DNA of 63,943 bases, counting the filler, from Nemertoderma westbladi (lineage: Eukaryota; Animalia; Xenacoelomorpha), in assembly GCA_032718475.1 (NCBI GenBank). It is 3 parts of 3 records of this genome, joined end to end, with 100 filler letters (N's around TTAATTAATTAA, not from the genome) between each part and the next. Parts side by side here need not be neighbours in the genome. Positions count along the whole stretch, not along the records: positions 50,374 to 63,943 come from JAUCBJ010000398.1; 2 more parts are not named here. The stretch is one strand, 5' to 3'. The notes beneath the pieces are model-generated. The model made no database searches, was not told where the DNA came from, and saw only the letters and a list, made by a program, of their open reading frames with translations. This document shows positions 51,762-63,943 of the stretch, piece after piece (position 1 is the first letter of the stretch; the number at the start of each line of letters is the position of its first letter). A program made the position numbers and the translations under genes.

Positions 51762-52959
51762 TGTAAAAGCTTTTGTGGGATAACTGATTCGTTTGCTTTG
51801 CTAACCAGTTCCCCCCAAGGCGCTGGAATACTCTAAAAGGGATCTCTAGCTCGAATAGTGCAAGCTACCGGCTGATTGGCTGATTTGCTGTACGAAGGGA
51901 TCTGGGCTAGGTTCGATCGTCCAACCAGCTTGGGAAGGTTGCCCCATAGCCCTGCTTTCTGTATCTGCCAATAGGATTTGAGTTGGTTTTGATTTTGACC
52001 TATCACAGATCTACTGAACTGAATTTCCTATCTGTATGCTCATTCTCTGTGGTGGGTGAGATCTTTGTAGAATAAGGGTAGCTGGTATTCTTATAGTTAT
52101 TCTTATCAGTGTTCAGTGTTGGTTATCCTGAGCCAGGAAGAACGGCTTTGGAATATTTTTGTGCTTTTCTGCTTTAGCCTTACACTAGTAGGCTTAATTA
52201 TAAGGACATATATCCGTTATCTGCATACCATACATAACATACCATACCTAATCAAACAACCTGTGCATACTTTTATAACGTTATACTGCTATTTACTGTC
52301 GGTTCTTCATAATATGGTTGATGAATTATTATATTTGGAATAACGAGAAATAACCCCGAAACCCAATATTCTTGATATACCGAAGGTAAGAGAGAAGGGT
52401 TACATATAACGATTGTGACTTATGTTAAAGTGGTTTGAAGTGAATCTAATGTTATTTGATAGACCCTACATGAGTCGGTCCGTGTTCCTTTTATATGTGA
52501 CTAAAATCAGTGAAGATCGGCAGATTAGTGTGCAGTATTGTGCAGTATTGTGTATGAGTGAGACTGATAACGAAGCATTTCCTAAAGAATGCGCCATATA
52601 TGTGAATTGTAACTAAGCCATATCGTTGCGTGTAGTTTAAGTCATAACTCTGTTTATATAGATAGAGCGCCACGTCCTAAAGGAACTGTTAATATTCCCC
52701 GAAGGTGAATAATATTGTCAGAGATTATATAATACTGTCAGTCGAATAATACATTAGGCTTACATAGCAATAAGATTAAGCTGTCGAAATCAATCTCCCG
52801 GGTATATCCAACGGGTGAATGATCGCGCACAGATTGGTTTCAACTAGTGTAGTGAATCAAATACTTGTTAGAGGCTAAAGCGATTTATTATCTAGAAGAC
52901 ATCCTAATTTGGCGGGTTAAACTGCCAAAGGTCTGAAAGCGCGAACAATAGCCTTTACA
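51762..52959 (+). mobile_element. Complete LTR copy 3 (~1.2 kb)
   Basis: Inverted termini TGTAAAAGC ... GCCTTTACA (TG...CA). Confidence 0.75.
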
Positions 52960-53399
52960 ATTCATGTTCACGGGCTCAGGATGGTCTGCATCATATAGAT
53001 GAACGCACATGATAGAGTCAAGATCCAACTTGTAGGATGACGGACTGACGACCTGCTAGGCCTACCTCGCTAGCACCCATCCGGTACATTGCAAAATTGA
53101 ATAATTGAATCATTTTGTGTTTATGATTATAAACAATATGTGAACTGAAAAAAGCTAATCTAAGATTTACTGCTGGTTCTTACCAATGTAAGTCAAGAAC
53201 CAATCACAGTAGATCCACTCCGCTCTCCTGCTGGGTCCTATTTATTGAGATTACTACTTAACCAACCCAGCCTGCTGCAGGCCACCTATGATTGGTCTGC
53301 AAGTAGCTAGCTACCTGGCTAACCGATGTATCATTCGCTCAGATTGGTGCTCTTTAGCTGAATATATTAATTTAGATTATGGCTTCCGACATTTATGGC

Positions 53400-53417
53400 T
53401 ACCGACACACACACATG

Positions 53418-53457
<40 letters not shown>

Positions 53458-53526
53458 TTTTGAAAAACGGCCATAGTATAATTATATCAGTTCGCTGATG
53501 GCTCGCCATTCGTGTCTCGCCCCACA
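53400..53526 (+). mobile_element. 3' end of an ACA-flanked element with (CA)n microsatellite
   Basis: (CA)n followed by ...CGTGTCTCGCCCC-ACA, the same terminus as the elements at 55087 and 56222. Confidence 0.6.
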
Positions 53527-55086
53527 GACCTTTCACAGCTCCAACTGGATGGATACTACAAACCAATAATTAATAATAGACAATACGGCAAGCGTGATAG
53601 GGGAGGCACCGCTATTTACATAAAACAGGGAATCCAATACTCAACTGATGTTAACTTTACTGTAGATGGGTGCGAATCCTCTTGGGTACTGCTAACAGCA
53701 GAGAGAGCTCACCGTAAACCTCTACTTCTAGGAACGCTGTACCGCCCAGACTCATGCACTGAATCCAAATTCTCGGACGAACTTAATAATTTACTTACTA
53801 AAGTTACAGACTCGAAATACGACACAATTATAACAGGGGATATCAATATTGATACCTTAAAACAAAATTACAAAACAAAAACCTATAACAATACATTAGG
53901 CACTTACGGATTCCAACAGCTAATAAAACAAGCAACGAGAATAACACCTTACTCAAAAACCTTAATTGACCACATATCCACCAATATAACCGATAAATTT
54001 GTTACAGCTGGTGTTTTTCTAGCAGAAATGGGAACCTCTGACCATTTGGCCACATTTGTTGTTGTCAACTCTGTTGACGTTTATCTGTCCGAAACTGAAA
54101 CTCCTCGATCAATTTATGATTATAATAAATTTACTAAAGATAAATTCTTATCTGACATAAATAATCCTTCAAATTGGACATATAATGATGACGCTATTTT
54201 GAAAGAAGAAAAATTCCAAGTTTTTTACAACAATTTTAATTTAATTTGTGTCAACCATTTGCCGAAAAAAACAATAAACCCGAAATTAATTCCGAAAAAA
54301 CCATGGATGACAACTAACTTGGTCAAATGTGTAAGGAGGAAAAATAAACTATACACTGCTTTCATCTCAAACCCGTCGGATACAAATCTTTCACAATATA
54401 AAACCTACCGAAACACTCTCACAAAAATTATGCGTAATGCCCAAAAAAGTTATTACGAAAATGAGTTTCTGAAAAATCAAAACAATAGCAAAAAAACCTG
54501 GAAAACAATAAATACGGCACTACATAGATCCAAAAAATTATCGTCCCCCGTGAAAATCAAGATAGATTCACTAGATTCAACTACAACTGATAAATCTATT
54601 ATTGCTAATATATTAAATAAACACTTTGCATCGATTGGGCCGCAATTAGCGAGTAAAATACCAAAATCACAAAGGCAACCAACTCGTTATGTAAAAAATA
54701 ATAAATTTAATTCTTTCTCACTCATAGAACCCAGTGAAACTGAAATAATATATTTTTTGTTAGATATCGACAAAAATGTCTCAACTTTTGACGAGTTTCC
54801 TGTCTTATTGGTCAAATTAGCTGCCCACAGCCTTGCCCCTCACCTAACTTATCTCATTAACCTTTCAATTAAAAATGAATTCTACCCAGATGCTCTAAAA
54901 AAGGCTAAAATAATACCAGTTTTCAAATCCGGAGATCCAACCGATAAAAACAATTACCGCCCGATATCAATATTACCCTTATTCACAAAGATATATGAAC
55001 GTGTAGTCAATTCCCAATTACTGACCTTCTTAAACAAATACGACCTGTTATCACCATGTCAACACGGATTTCGTAAACACATAACG

Positions 55087-55717
55087 ACACGTTCGTGGGG
55101 ACTTCGCGCAGCACGTAGTCGGCAAGCCTTGGCATACGGTTCATATAGAGCAAATGGGGCATGTCTAGTTTGGACCCCATATCCCATGCTATAAATGTAT
55201 TCATTCGATATACAATCATATGTTAATCCGCTAGGTGGTGTCAAATTGTTATTCTGCAATTTCGTACTTACCAGTGCAGCACTGTACAGCAGTACCGTAC
55301 CGGTTGGCCTATGTCATTACTTCTGAGTCTCTAGCGGATCCCCAATTAAATGTCTTAACTTTTCAATTTCGTAAAAGATAGACTTCATGATTCTCTACAG
55401 GCCACCAAAATTTCAGCTCAGGAAAATGAGGCCTTCCCGAGAAATTTAACATTTTCTAAAAACCACATAATCTGTCGTAGCTGACGTCAGACTGCATGAT
55501 TTTTCACCAAACTTTACAAACTTTCTAAACTTTCTCTCTACTACTTACCTACTAAGTTTGGTTCAATTCCGAACGAGCGATGCCGAGAAATTCGCGTTCA
55601 AACATTTACCAGACAGACGGACGGACAGACAGACAGACGGACAGACAGACGGACATGCCCCATTTGCCCTATATGAACCGTATGCAAAGGCTCGCCGACT
55701 ACGTGTCTCGCCCCACA
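55087..55717 (+). mobile_element. ACA-flanked inverted-repeat element with (GACA/GACG)n, copy A
   Basis: ACA-CGTTCGTGGGGACTTCGCGCAGCACG...; ~55-65-bp inverted arms; ...CGTGTCTCGCCCC-ACA; removal restores the LINE frame (KHITTTDA). Confidence 0.9.
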
Positions 55718-56221
55718 ACGGACGCTATTCTTACTGTTACGGAACAACTACAGGAAACTCTTGACAACGGTAGCTCTGCATGTTTAATATCAGTAGACTT
55801 AAAGAAAGCCTTCGACACCCTACCACATGACATACTACTGAAAAAATTAGATTGTTACGGGATACGGGGACTTCCATTGCAACTTATAGGCAGCTTCTTA
55901 CATAACCGCTCTCATATTGTCTCTATTGATGGTATTACCTCAGAACCAGCTTTGGCCCCTTGCGGTACCCCACAGGGGGCTATATTAAGTCCCATTTTGT
56001 TTCTTATGTACATAAACGACTTACCGCTCTGCACAAAACTTTTCACCACACTCTTTGCAGACGACACAACTTTACTCTATTGCCATAGCAATACTGACAC
56101 ACTAATTTCGACAGTCAATACGGAACTCTCTAAATTAGACAATTGGCTCATTGACAATAAATTATCCCTAAACCTTAAAAAAACTGAATATATAATCTTT
56201 AACAACTCTAGGAACTATATA

Positions 56222-56844
56222 ACACGTTCGTGGGGACTTCGCGCAGCACGTAGTCGGCAAGCCTTGGCATACGGTTCATATAGAGCAAATGGGGCATGTC
56301 TAGTTTGGACCCAATATCCCATGCTATAAATGTATTCATTCGATATACAATCATATGTTAATCCGCTAGGTGGTGTCAAATTGTTATTCTGCAATTTCGT
56401 ACTTACCAGTGCAACACTGTACAGCAGTACCGTACCGGTAGGCCTATGTCATTACTTCTGAGTCTCTAGCGGATCCCCAATTAAATGTCTTAACTTTTCA
56501 ATTTCGTAAAAGATAGACTTCATGATTCTCTACAGGCCACCAAAATTTCAGCTCAGGAAAATGAGGCCTTCCCGAGAAATTTAACATTTTCTAAAAACCA
56601 CATAATCTGTCGTAGCTGACGTCAGACTGCATGATTTTTCACCAAACTTTACAAACTTTCTAAACTTTCTCTCTACTACTTACCTACTAAGTTTGGTTCA
56701 ATTCCGAACGAGCGATGCCGAGAAATTCGCGTTCAAACATTTACCAGACGGACGGACGGACAGACAGACAGACAGACGGACATGCCCCATTTGCCCTATA
56801 TGAACCGTATGCAAAGGCTCGCCGACTACGTGTCTCGCCCCACA
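56222..56844 (+). mobile_element. ACA-flanked inverted-repeat element, copy B
   Basis: Near-identical to copy A; removal restores the LINE frame (RNYITPNI). Confidence 0.9.
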
Positions 56845-57364
56845 CCCAACATCACTATACGATCCACTAATCTTACGGAAGCTACCGCAACTAAGTTTTT
56901 AGGTATATATATTGATAATAAAATTAACTGGTCGACTCATTGTGAATACATACTCTCTAAAATATCCAAATTATCTGGTATTTTCTTCAAATTGCGACAC
57001 ATTTTACCTCTACACATTATGAGAACCCTGTACTTTGCACTAGTTCACCCTCACATACTGTACGGAATTTTAATGTGGGGAAATAGCTACAACTATAACA
57101 CGTCGAAAATAAAAGTAAAAATAAATAAGATAATCAGAGCAATAACATTTAGCCATTACGAAGCGCATGCAGCACCTATTTATAAATCTCTACAAATCCT
57201 CCCACTAGAAAAATTATTTGACCTAGAAGTAGCTAAATTTATGTACGACATTAACAAACATAAGAAAACTGAAACCATGCAAAAAATATTCCGTCACACA
57301 AGTACAATACACAAATATTCTTTGTCGTTGAATAGTTACCTTTCGGGGGTGTAAACGTTAAGAA

Positions 57365-57802
57365 GACACTGGTGCAAACAGTGGTGCAGAAACAGTGGTG
57401 CAGACACTGGTGCATACAGTGGTGCAGACAGTGGTGCAAACTGTGGTGCAGACAGTGGTGCAGACAGTGGTGCAGACAGTGGTGCAAACACTGGTGCAGA
57501 CAGTGGTGCAGATACTGGAGCAGACACTGGTGCAGACAATGGTGCAGACACTGGTGCAGACACTGGTGCAGACAGTGGTGCAAACACTGGTGCAGACAGT
57601 GGTCCAGACAGTGGCGCAGACAGTGGTGCAGACCGTGGTGCAGACAGTGGTGTAGACAGTGGTGCAGATAGTGGTGCAAACACTAGTGCAGAGAGTGGTG
57701 CAGATACTGGAGCAGACACTGGTGCAGACAATGGAGCAGACACCTGGTGCAGACACTGGTGCAGACAATGGTGCAGACACCTGGTGCAGACACTGGTGCA
57801 AA
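57365..57802 (+). repeat. 12-bp minisatellite
   Basis: Unit GACA[G/C]TGGTGCA, about 36 copies. Confidence 0.95.
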
Positions 57803-59889
57803 CCAGACATGGTACAGTCTAATTATATCGCCCAACGGTGCCTCATCGCATGTTTAAACTGTGAGTTAACAGTGACACGTTAATCTATACCTAGAGCTTA
57901 CATACAGACCTGATACAGGGTAGATCCAGGTGCCCAGGAAGGGGTTGGTCGTTGCCAATTGGTCAATACCAATTACTTGGCCTACATAATATGATCGGCC
58001 CACAACATAGTAAGTAAAGCGACCAGTCCCTTGCAAAATATTGCCTCCTATATCACCATTGAAACGGAGCCTATAGATCTACATTGAGGCGCCAACCCTC
58101 CGGCCCAAAACGGGACACACAAACTCCTGACTAGAGTCTGAGTGGAGTTTGTGTTATCACTAGTCCAATGCAGTGCCAAAAAGTCTGCCAAGATTGGAAA
58201 GATTAATTTGCTATCAGCTTGTCGCAGTCCAGTGCCCAATACGAACCTGAGAATTTAAGTAGAACTACAGTTTAATCCGAGTGAATCAAGTTGCTGGGAG
58301 CCGAACTCTGAACAAAGAAACCAAGTCTAACTAACTGGACTGCGCTAAAAGCCTAAAGCAGAGCTGGAGCAGCAATCTCCAGCAGAGAGGCTACTAGTTT
58401 GCTGTCAATCAATGGGCGGTTTGTTTGAAGAAATGCTGCCCCACACTAAACTTTGAATGTAAATTAAATCAAACACTAAAGCCTGTTATCTATTCACACT
58501 CTCTACATCGATCTATTTATCTACAATGAACTTACATACCCAATATTAATTAAAAATTCTTTTTAGTTTTTCAATTCTTGAAAAACTACCATATAGGCCC
58601 GTTGCCATGGCTCCCAGTGAACCTAAATAAATTTTGAGAGTTGATTAATTGATTCATTTATGAATTCCTTCAAACAGTTCTAAAAAACGAAACTTTTGCA
58701 CGAATTCGAAATGACTGCGTGTCTTTTCCCCCCACTACTACAAGACAGCTTAGCGAATTTAATTCATTAATCTATTCTAAACTATTCTAAGAAATATGAT
58801 GATATGAATTATATTAATGTATACAAACTGCGAGCAGCAGTGACTCAAAGGAATGAGGCTTAAGCGACAGTTTTTGATTGTTTTATAAAAGTTTTAAGTT
58901 TTATATAAGTAATATAAGTTTTATAAACAATCAAACGCTGTTGCTTAATCCTAATTCCTTGAAAACTTTACCGCAAAACCAAATAATATAAATGTTAAAT
59001 GTCTAACTGAGAGGTTAATATACTTTTTAATCATAAAAGATCCAAGTTGAAATTAAAATGTTAAATAACGAGATGCAGGTATGTTTAATTTGTTTATCTT
59101 TACTGGAGTCACTGCTTATAATAAAACGGGATAATCAAATTATTGTCTCATGCTCAGTCGTCAGTCTGACTTGTTGGCAACTAATTCGAATGTAATTGTT
59201 ATTATCGATATTCGATAAATAAGTATTGGAAATTAACACTCTTCTTATTATAACTGTTCTGTAGTAGAATTTTAGTAGTACTGTATAAAAACGTTATTGA
59301 AACTCTTTGCAATTGCCGTAGCACTGTCGAGTTTGAAGAAAAGGTGCTGGAAATGTGTGGGTCTTGGGATACATTAGAACTGGAAGTCAAACAAGTAGCT
59401 TCATTATCTGGCTTGTTCGTCATTGGAAGTAAAAATTTGTGTAATTTCTCTTTAGTACACAAAGGGTTAAGGAAACATCTAACCCACACTTGATGAGGTA
59501 CAGCTTCCATTCTTTGTCGCCGCAGACGCCGCGCCTGTTGGATTTACTGCGATAGGAAAGTAGCTGACTCTGACAGCAGAGAGCTTTATGCAATCAATAT
59601 AGTCTCAAAGGGAATCAAAGGCGGCAAGTATTAAGACCTATTATTGAACAATTATTAGTAACTAACCTTAGTATAGATACCATTGTATGTTAATTTATCA
59701 CTTTAAATTACATTCTTATGATTAACGGTCTCAGACAGACTGCTTGGCGCCTGGCTTCCGCCAATTTTTACAACAACCAACAATGACCAACTACAGATAC
59801 GACCCGCCAAGCTGCTGCAAAGCCCCTATATTTAGTGGGCCAGTTATTTCTCTTACATTAGAATCCCTGAAACCAGTGTCGCAGCCACT

Positions 59890-60200
59890 ACTACAGTACT
59901 ATTACTACTACTACGATCGGCATGCTGCATTGCAGTTGCATTATATATATATTACATACATATTAAGAATCCTATGCCGGCTTGCTGACAAAATTGCGCC
60001 GCCACAACACCCTATCACCCATGACATTCGCTAGATCATCAGCATTTTCAAGACCAGTGTCCTTTAAGATGCGTCTCAACAAAGTCATCGGCTGGCTGGC
60101 ACCATGTCTATTCGTTCGATGAGGCCTCCAAAGCATAAAATTATGCACTGGCTGGTCATCACGGCGAAAGCAATGTCCTGCTAAGCGGAAGCGGTTCCGT
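59890..60200 (-). mobile_element. 3' fragment of the RTE-like LINE
   Basis: Similar to 34303-34580 (RFRLAGHCFRRDDQPVH...), with a (TAG)n-like tail. Confidence 0.8.
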
Positions 60201-62127
60201 TCAATACAATTTTGATGGAATAGGGGTTTTCGAGGACGCTGATCACGACAACACTTGATAAAAATATTTTCTGGAAATGCAAACATCATTTATTGGGACC
60301 CCAGAACGAAAATAAAAGTAGAAAAAATTTCAAACTGTTAAGTTTTCAAAGCTTCTGATCACGATACATTTCGTTAAAAATCATTCCTGGTAACGCAACT
60401 ATAATTTTTGGCTTTTGTCTGGTGGGACAAAAAAACAAGTAGGTTGAAATTTCAAACGGCAAAAATCGAGTTTGGTTGGATAATACAATATTTTTGAGTG
60501 TCTTATTCGTGATCAGAATCTCCGTAAACCCAATGTAATAATAAGGTTGATTTGGAAATGATTTTTATATATTTCAAATTTGTGGGACATGTATTTTTCG
60601 TGCCGCACATTGACACGTATCTAAAAAAGCCGTTATCAACAAGGTAGGTTATTTTTCAGTGCCATGTTCGTGATCAGCATCCCAAAAACCCATATGGTCA
60701 TAAATTCAATTTGATTTCGCGGTGATTTTTCATTATCATATTTCCACTACCGGTACTTGTTTTTTTTCGTGCTCCAGGGGGTACAAATACCTGAATGATA
60801 ACTAATACAGTATAACAACATGCCTAAGTTGTTATCCTACGCAACTCTTCGATATGTTTGATGTTGATAAATAAACTTTCCCAATGAAATCAGCACATTG
60901 TAAAACTCAGTAGCCAAACTGTACGGCAAATTTAATACTTTTGGTTGTTTGAAAATTTATAGCTAGTTGCACTTTTGGTGTTCTTTTAGTTTCTATTAAA
61001 AAATAAAAATTTAAATTTTGCGCACATGTATTACGTGCGCACTACGCACTAAATTATTAAGGACGTACGATACGCCTTGGCTATTATTTGATATTTTGCG
61101 TGTTTTTTGTAAAAATTCGGACTTATGGTGTTTTGCCTAATTGAGGATACCTTGTTTTCTAGGCAATACCCCGCAACTATCGTATAGTTACGGGATAATA
61201 CCAGAAAATGGTGTTCCCCTTTGTTTTGGCAAAACACCATAAGTCAGAATTTTTACAAAAAAACCGCAAAATATTTCAAAGATAATTCTAAATCAAATTG
61301 AAAGTTTAGTTATATGAATTCTATATATATTTAGTTATCAAAAAACACAATAACAAGTAAACTGAGGCATCTCTCTAAAAAATAAACAGTTTTTATCGAT
61401 TATCTCAGAACTACAAAAATCGACTTAGGGGGTTCTGCCTTGAAGTCATCATCATTGTTGTTCACCTCCAACCAAGACTAACAGTTCGCCTCTCTTTGAC
61501 TAAAGTAAAAAGCATTTCAATAGTTGTTGAAAATTCGTAACTTTGGCCGTAACTTTGGCTTTGGTTCGTAACTGGCGTAACTTTATATACCCCAGGTAGA
61601 GTATTAATTCATCTCACATTCTAACGAAAACTTTGAAATACTCGATTATTTATTGAGCCAATCCACATTGTGCTTTATAATTTTGCTTTATATATAATTG
61701 TTTAGTACAATCTTGAATAAATTCACGTTTGGAGTTAGTAGGCCCTATATATTACCTCGAAATACCAGGATTATACGGAAAATTGATATAAATAATATCA
61801 AGTTTTATATCAAATTATATCAAATTATATACCGGTACACAAAGTGTTGAACAGCATCAAACTACTCCTAATACTTACTCTGTAATGGAATTGCTGCCCA
61901 GTTGCTCTGTTCATCCGTGGGGGACAACGGCGCCGATTAATCTACTATTTTAGCTTTAAACTTTGAGGTAAAAAACAGTTTGTAATTAATTAATTCGTTA
62001 GCCGTCATATCGTTTTATATAAATTTAAGAATGTTTACATTGCCTTAATTTGATGATCAGAACAAATGGATGGCGCCTGATATCGACGGTTTTACATCAG
62101 TGATGCGAATACGTAAGACTACGACAT

Positions 62128-62864
62128 TAGTGTTTAAACGGGATCAGACTTTTCGGGATTTCAGGGATCGGGACCGGGATTATCGCTCTCGGGATATCGT
62201 TTTTCGGTATCGGGATTGCAATTTTAGATTAAATTCCCTAAAAGTTATTAGTATATGTGGTGGTTTTGGGTAACATTCACTTTATTTTACACTTCTGAAA
62301 TATTAGTAAGATAAAGTTTTATTAAAATTAATTTGCATTTGATTACTGGAGATGGTTTACTGAAATATAAATTATATATAATCAGAACATTTCCGAACTG
62401 TTGGAACTATTTATTACACATTTATAGGAAGGGATCTAGGGGTCTTAACCTCGAATGACAAGTTTATTTTACCGAAAATAACTTATCTTTTATTGGCGCA
62501 ATTGTAGGACTAATCCCATCACATGCGTACTTTTTAACCAGTAAGGATTGGAGATATATGAGATATTAATTTCAAAAAAATTTGAAATGATTTGAGAACC
62601 CGGGACCTCGAGGTGGAAGCCGAGACAACAACTATTCGAGGTTAAGGCCCCTAGATCCTTTCCTATAATAAATGTATAATAACAAACACCTCGAAAAACA
62701 CAGCTGGCCAACACATTGTTACTTAGGAACTATTTATCAGATATTCAACAAATTTACTTTACTATACTTCGTGATCCCGTTCCAGAAAAGTCCGTGTCGC
62801 GACCGTGATTACATTTTTCGCCGGGATCCCGGTTTTTCGGGATTTGGATCCGGTTTAAACACTA
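62128..62864. mobile_element. MITE with TAG...CTA termini (hAT-like) and CGGGAT subterminal repeats
   Basis: TAGTGTTTAAAC ... GTTTAAACACTA; no clear TSD. Confidence 0.65.
62427..62663. mobile_element. Nested MITE flanked by TATA
   Basis: ~30-bp TIR GGAAGGGATCTAGGGGTCTTAACCTCGAAT / ATTCGAGGTTAAGGCCCCTAGATCCTTTCC. Confidence 0.75.
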
Positions 62865-63264
62865 TTATATAATCTATAGAGCTATGTCTATCGGTACCGG
62901 TACCGAGTGGTAGTTGCTTTGTATCTCCTCTCCTACAATATCTACTGATCTGTCTATAGAGTACTTTACTTATCTCCTGAAATATCTATACGTTTTTATG
63001 CCGAATATATCTTAATCCGATTATAACCAATTTGATAGGTACCGGTACTGTAATGTAAAAGGTTAATTTCGGAAAAATATTTCGGAATGTACCGGTAATT
63101 TATTAATCGTATTTTGGTTGTGGAGAGGATTCAGTCGTGGTCTTTAGTCTCTTAGACTTTATATTATAAATTGAATATAATATCAACCTCAGTATTATAA
63201 CTCTCAAGCTTTATCCAATTCGCTACTGTAAGGAATGAACAACGCCAAACTGTCAATGTTTGCT

Positions 63265-63375
63265 GGGCCACGTCTGAGTCCGATTGGTCCACCTTCACCC
63301 GCCACTTCAGATCTTCAGTAGTTAACCAACCTCGGTTAGGTCAGATCCAAACATTCAATGGAGACCACCGAATGG
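63265..63375 (+). other. Degenerate 5S rRNA-like sequence (pseudogene or SINE3 head)
   Basis: GATCTTCAGTAGTTAACCAACCTCGG...ATGGAGACCACC loosely parallels the 5S internal control region. Confidence 0.3.
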
Positions 63376-63439
63376 CGCGCTATTTGAATTACATTCAGTT
63401 TTAGAATCTACACTCTGTGATATAAAATATAGTCCCACT

Positions 63440-63685
63440 TTGGTGTAGTGGTTGCATTGTATTCACTTCTCCTGATGGTCATGGGTTCGATCCCCGCTTG
63501 GGGGCCTGGGCATTTTCGTTTCGGCACGAATTCTTTAAAAGGACTAGCCACGGTTAAATAATAGCTAAATTAATACTGTAGTTTCCTCTGGGGAGTAAAG
63601 TTCTGGGGGGTCCGAGCACTAATATATACTAACTCGTCATACTATGAGCGTAATAATCCCTGGCCTAAAGGCGGAATAAATCTTT
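63440..63685 (+). mobile_element. tRNA-derived SINE
   Basis: A-box TGGTGTAGTGG, B-box GGTTCGATCCC, no intact cloverleaf, AATAAA near the 3' end. Confidence 0.55.
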
Positions 63686-63775
63686 TCTTTTTAATATAAT
63701 TATTATGTGTAGGGCTAAATTTAATATTAATATTAAATAATAATTATATTAATATTAAATATATTTAATTCCTAG

Positions 63776-63934
63776 GTTTTTACGGGCGTTTCTAAGGGGA
63801 GCTGCACCGCTCCAACTCCCCGGGAGAAGTCAGATAAACAACCGAGTGACTACGAACGGGAGAGGATTGAACACGCTAAGAATATAATGGCCCCGTTCAT
63901 ACTGCGGAGGTTAAAGAAGGACGTTATGAAACAG
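63776..63934 (+). CDS. SMARCAD1: Internal exon of an SNF2-family chromatin remodeller (SMARCAD1/Fun30-like)
   Basis: cctag|VFTGVSKG...SDYERERIEHAKNIMAPFILRRLKKDVMKQ|gtgggt; PFILRR motif with the ERI-HAK context typical of SMARCAD1; not in the ORF track. Confidence 0.8.
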
Positions 63935-63943
63935 GTGGGTCCC

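Larger units (their letters stand above)
53524..57354 (+). mobile_element. CR1/L2/Daphne-group LINE ORF2 (APE endonuclease + RT), interrupted by two insertions
   Basis: GGTAIYI, LYRP, TGDINID, TLIDHI, SDH (APE); NYRPISIL, QHGFRK, DLKKAFDTL, GTPQGAILSPILFLMYINDL, LFADDT, KFLGIYID (RT). Confidence 0.92.

Noticed and set aside
55087-56844. Insertions acting as spliceosomal introns (Introner-like)
   Set aside because: Ends do not give GT/GC...AG boundaries that restore the frame on the sense strand
57251-57883. His/Cys-rich or Ser-Ala-Pro-rich ORFs
   Set aside because: Translations of a 12-bp minisatellite
63440-63505. tRNA gene
   Set aside because: A and B boxes are present but there is no acceptor or anticodon stem; treated as a SINE head

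Overview
Eukaryotic (metazoan, invertebrate-like) genomic DNA made of three contigs joined by artificial 100-nt spacers (N44-TTAATTAATTAA-N44 at 30175-30274 and 50274-50373). Spliced host genes recognisable by eye: WDR82 exons 1-3 (the rest is missing), the last two exons of mitochondrial aconitase ACO2 (the 5' part is missing), the 3' part of a PDI-family gene (KDEL, atypical CRLC site), a complete two-coding-exon RRM2 with an E2F/CHR-like promoter, one SMARCAD1-like SNF2 exon and an orphan 320-aa ORF. The most striking structure is the 125-nt ACO2 exon at 15657-15781, both of whose splice junctions are amplified into multi-kb tandem arrays. Upstream are about 257 copies of a 29-mer holding the acceptor (each unit is itself GT...AG and carries an in-frame stop). 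Downstream are about 318 copies of a frame-preserving 36-mer holding the donor. The rest is transposon-rich: a ~1.2-kb-LTR family (3 LTR copies), RTE-like and CR1/L2-like LINEs, a Penelope fragment split by an RTE insertion, a minimal hammerhead-ribozyme-like motif, SINEs, MITEs, and a family of ACA-flanked inverted-repeat/microsatellite elements. All assignments are by eye; no searches were run, and copy numbers are length divided by unit size.
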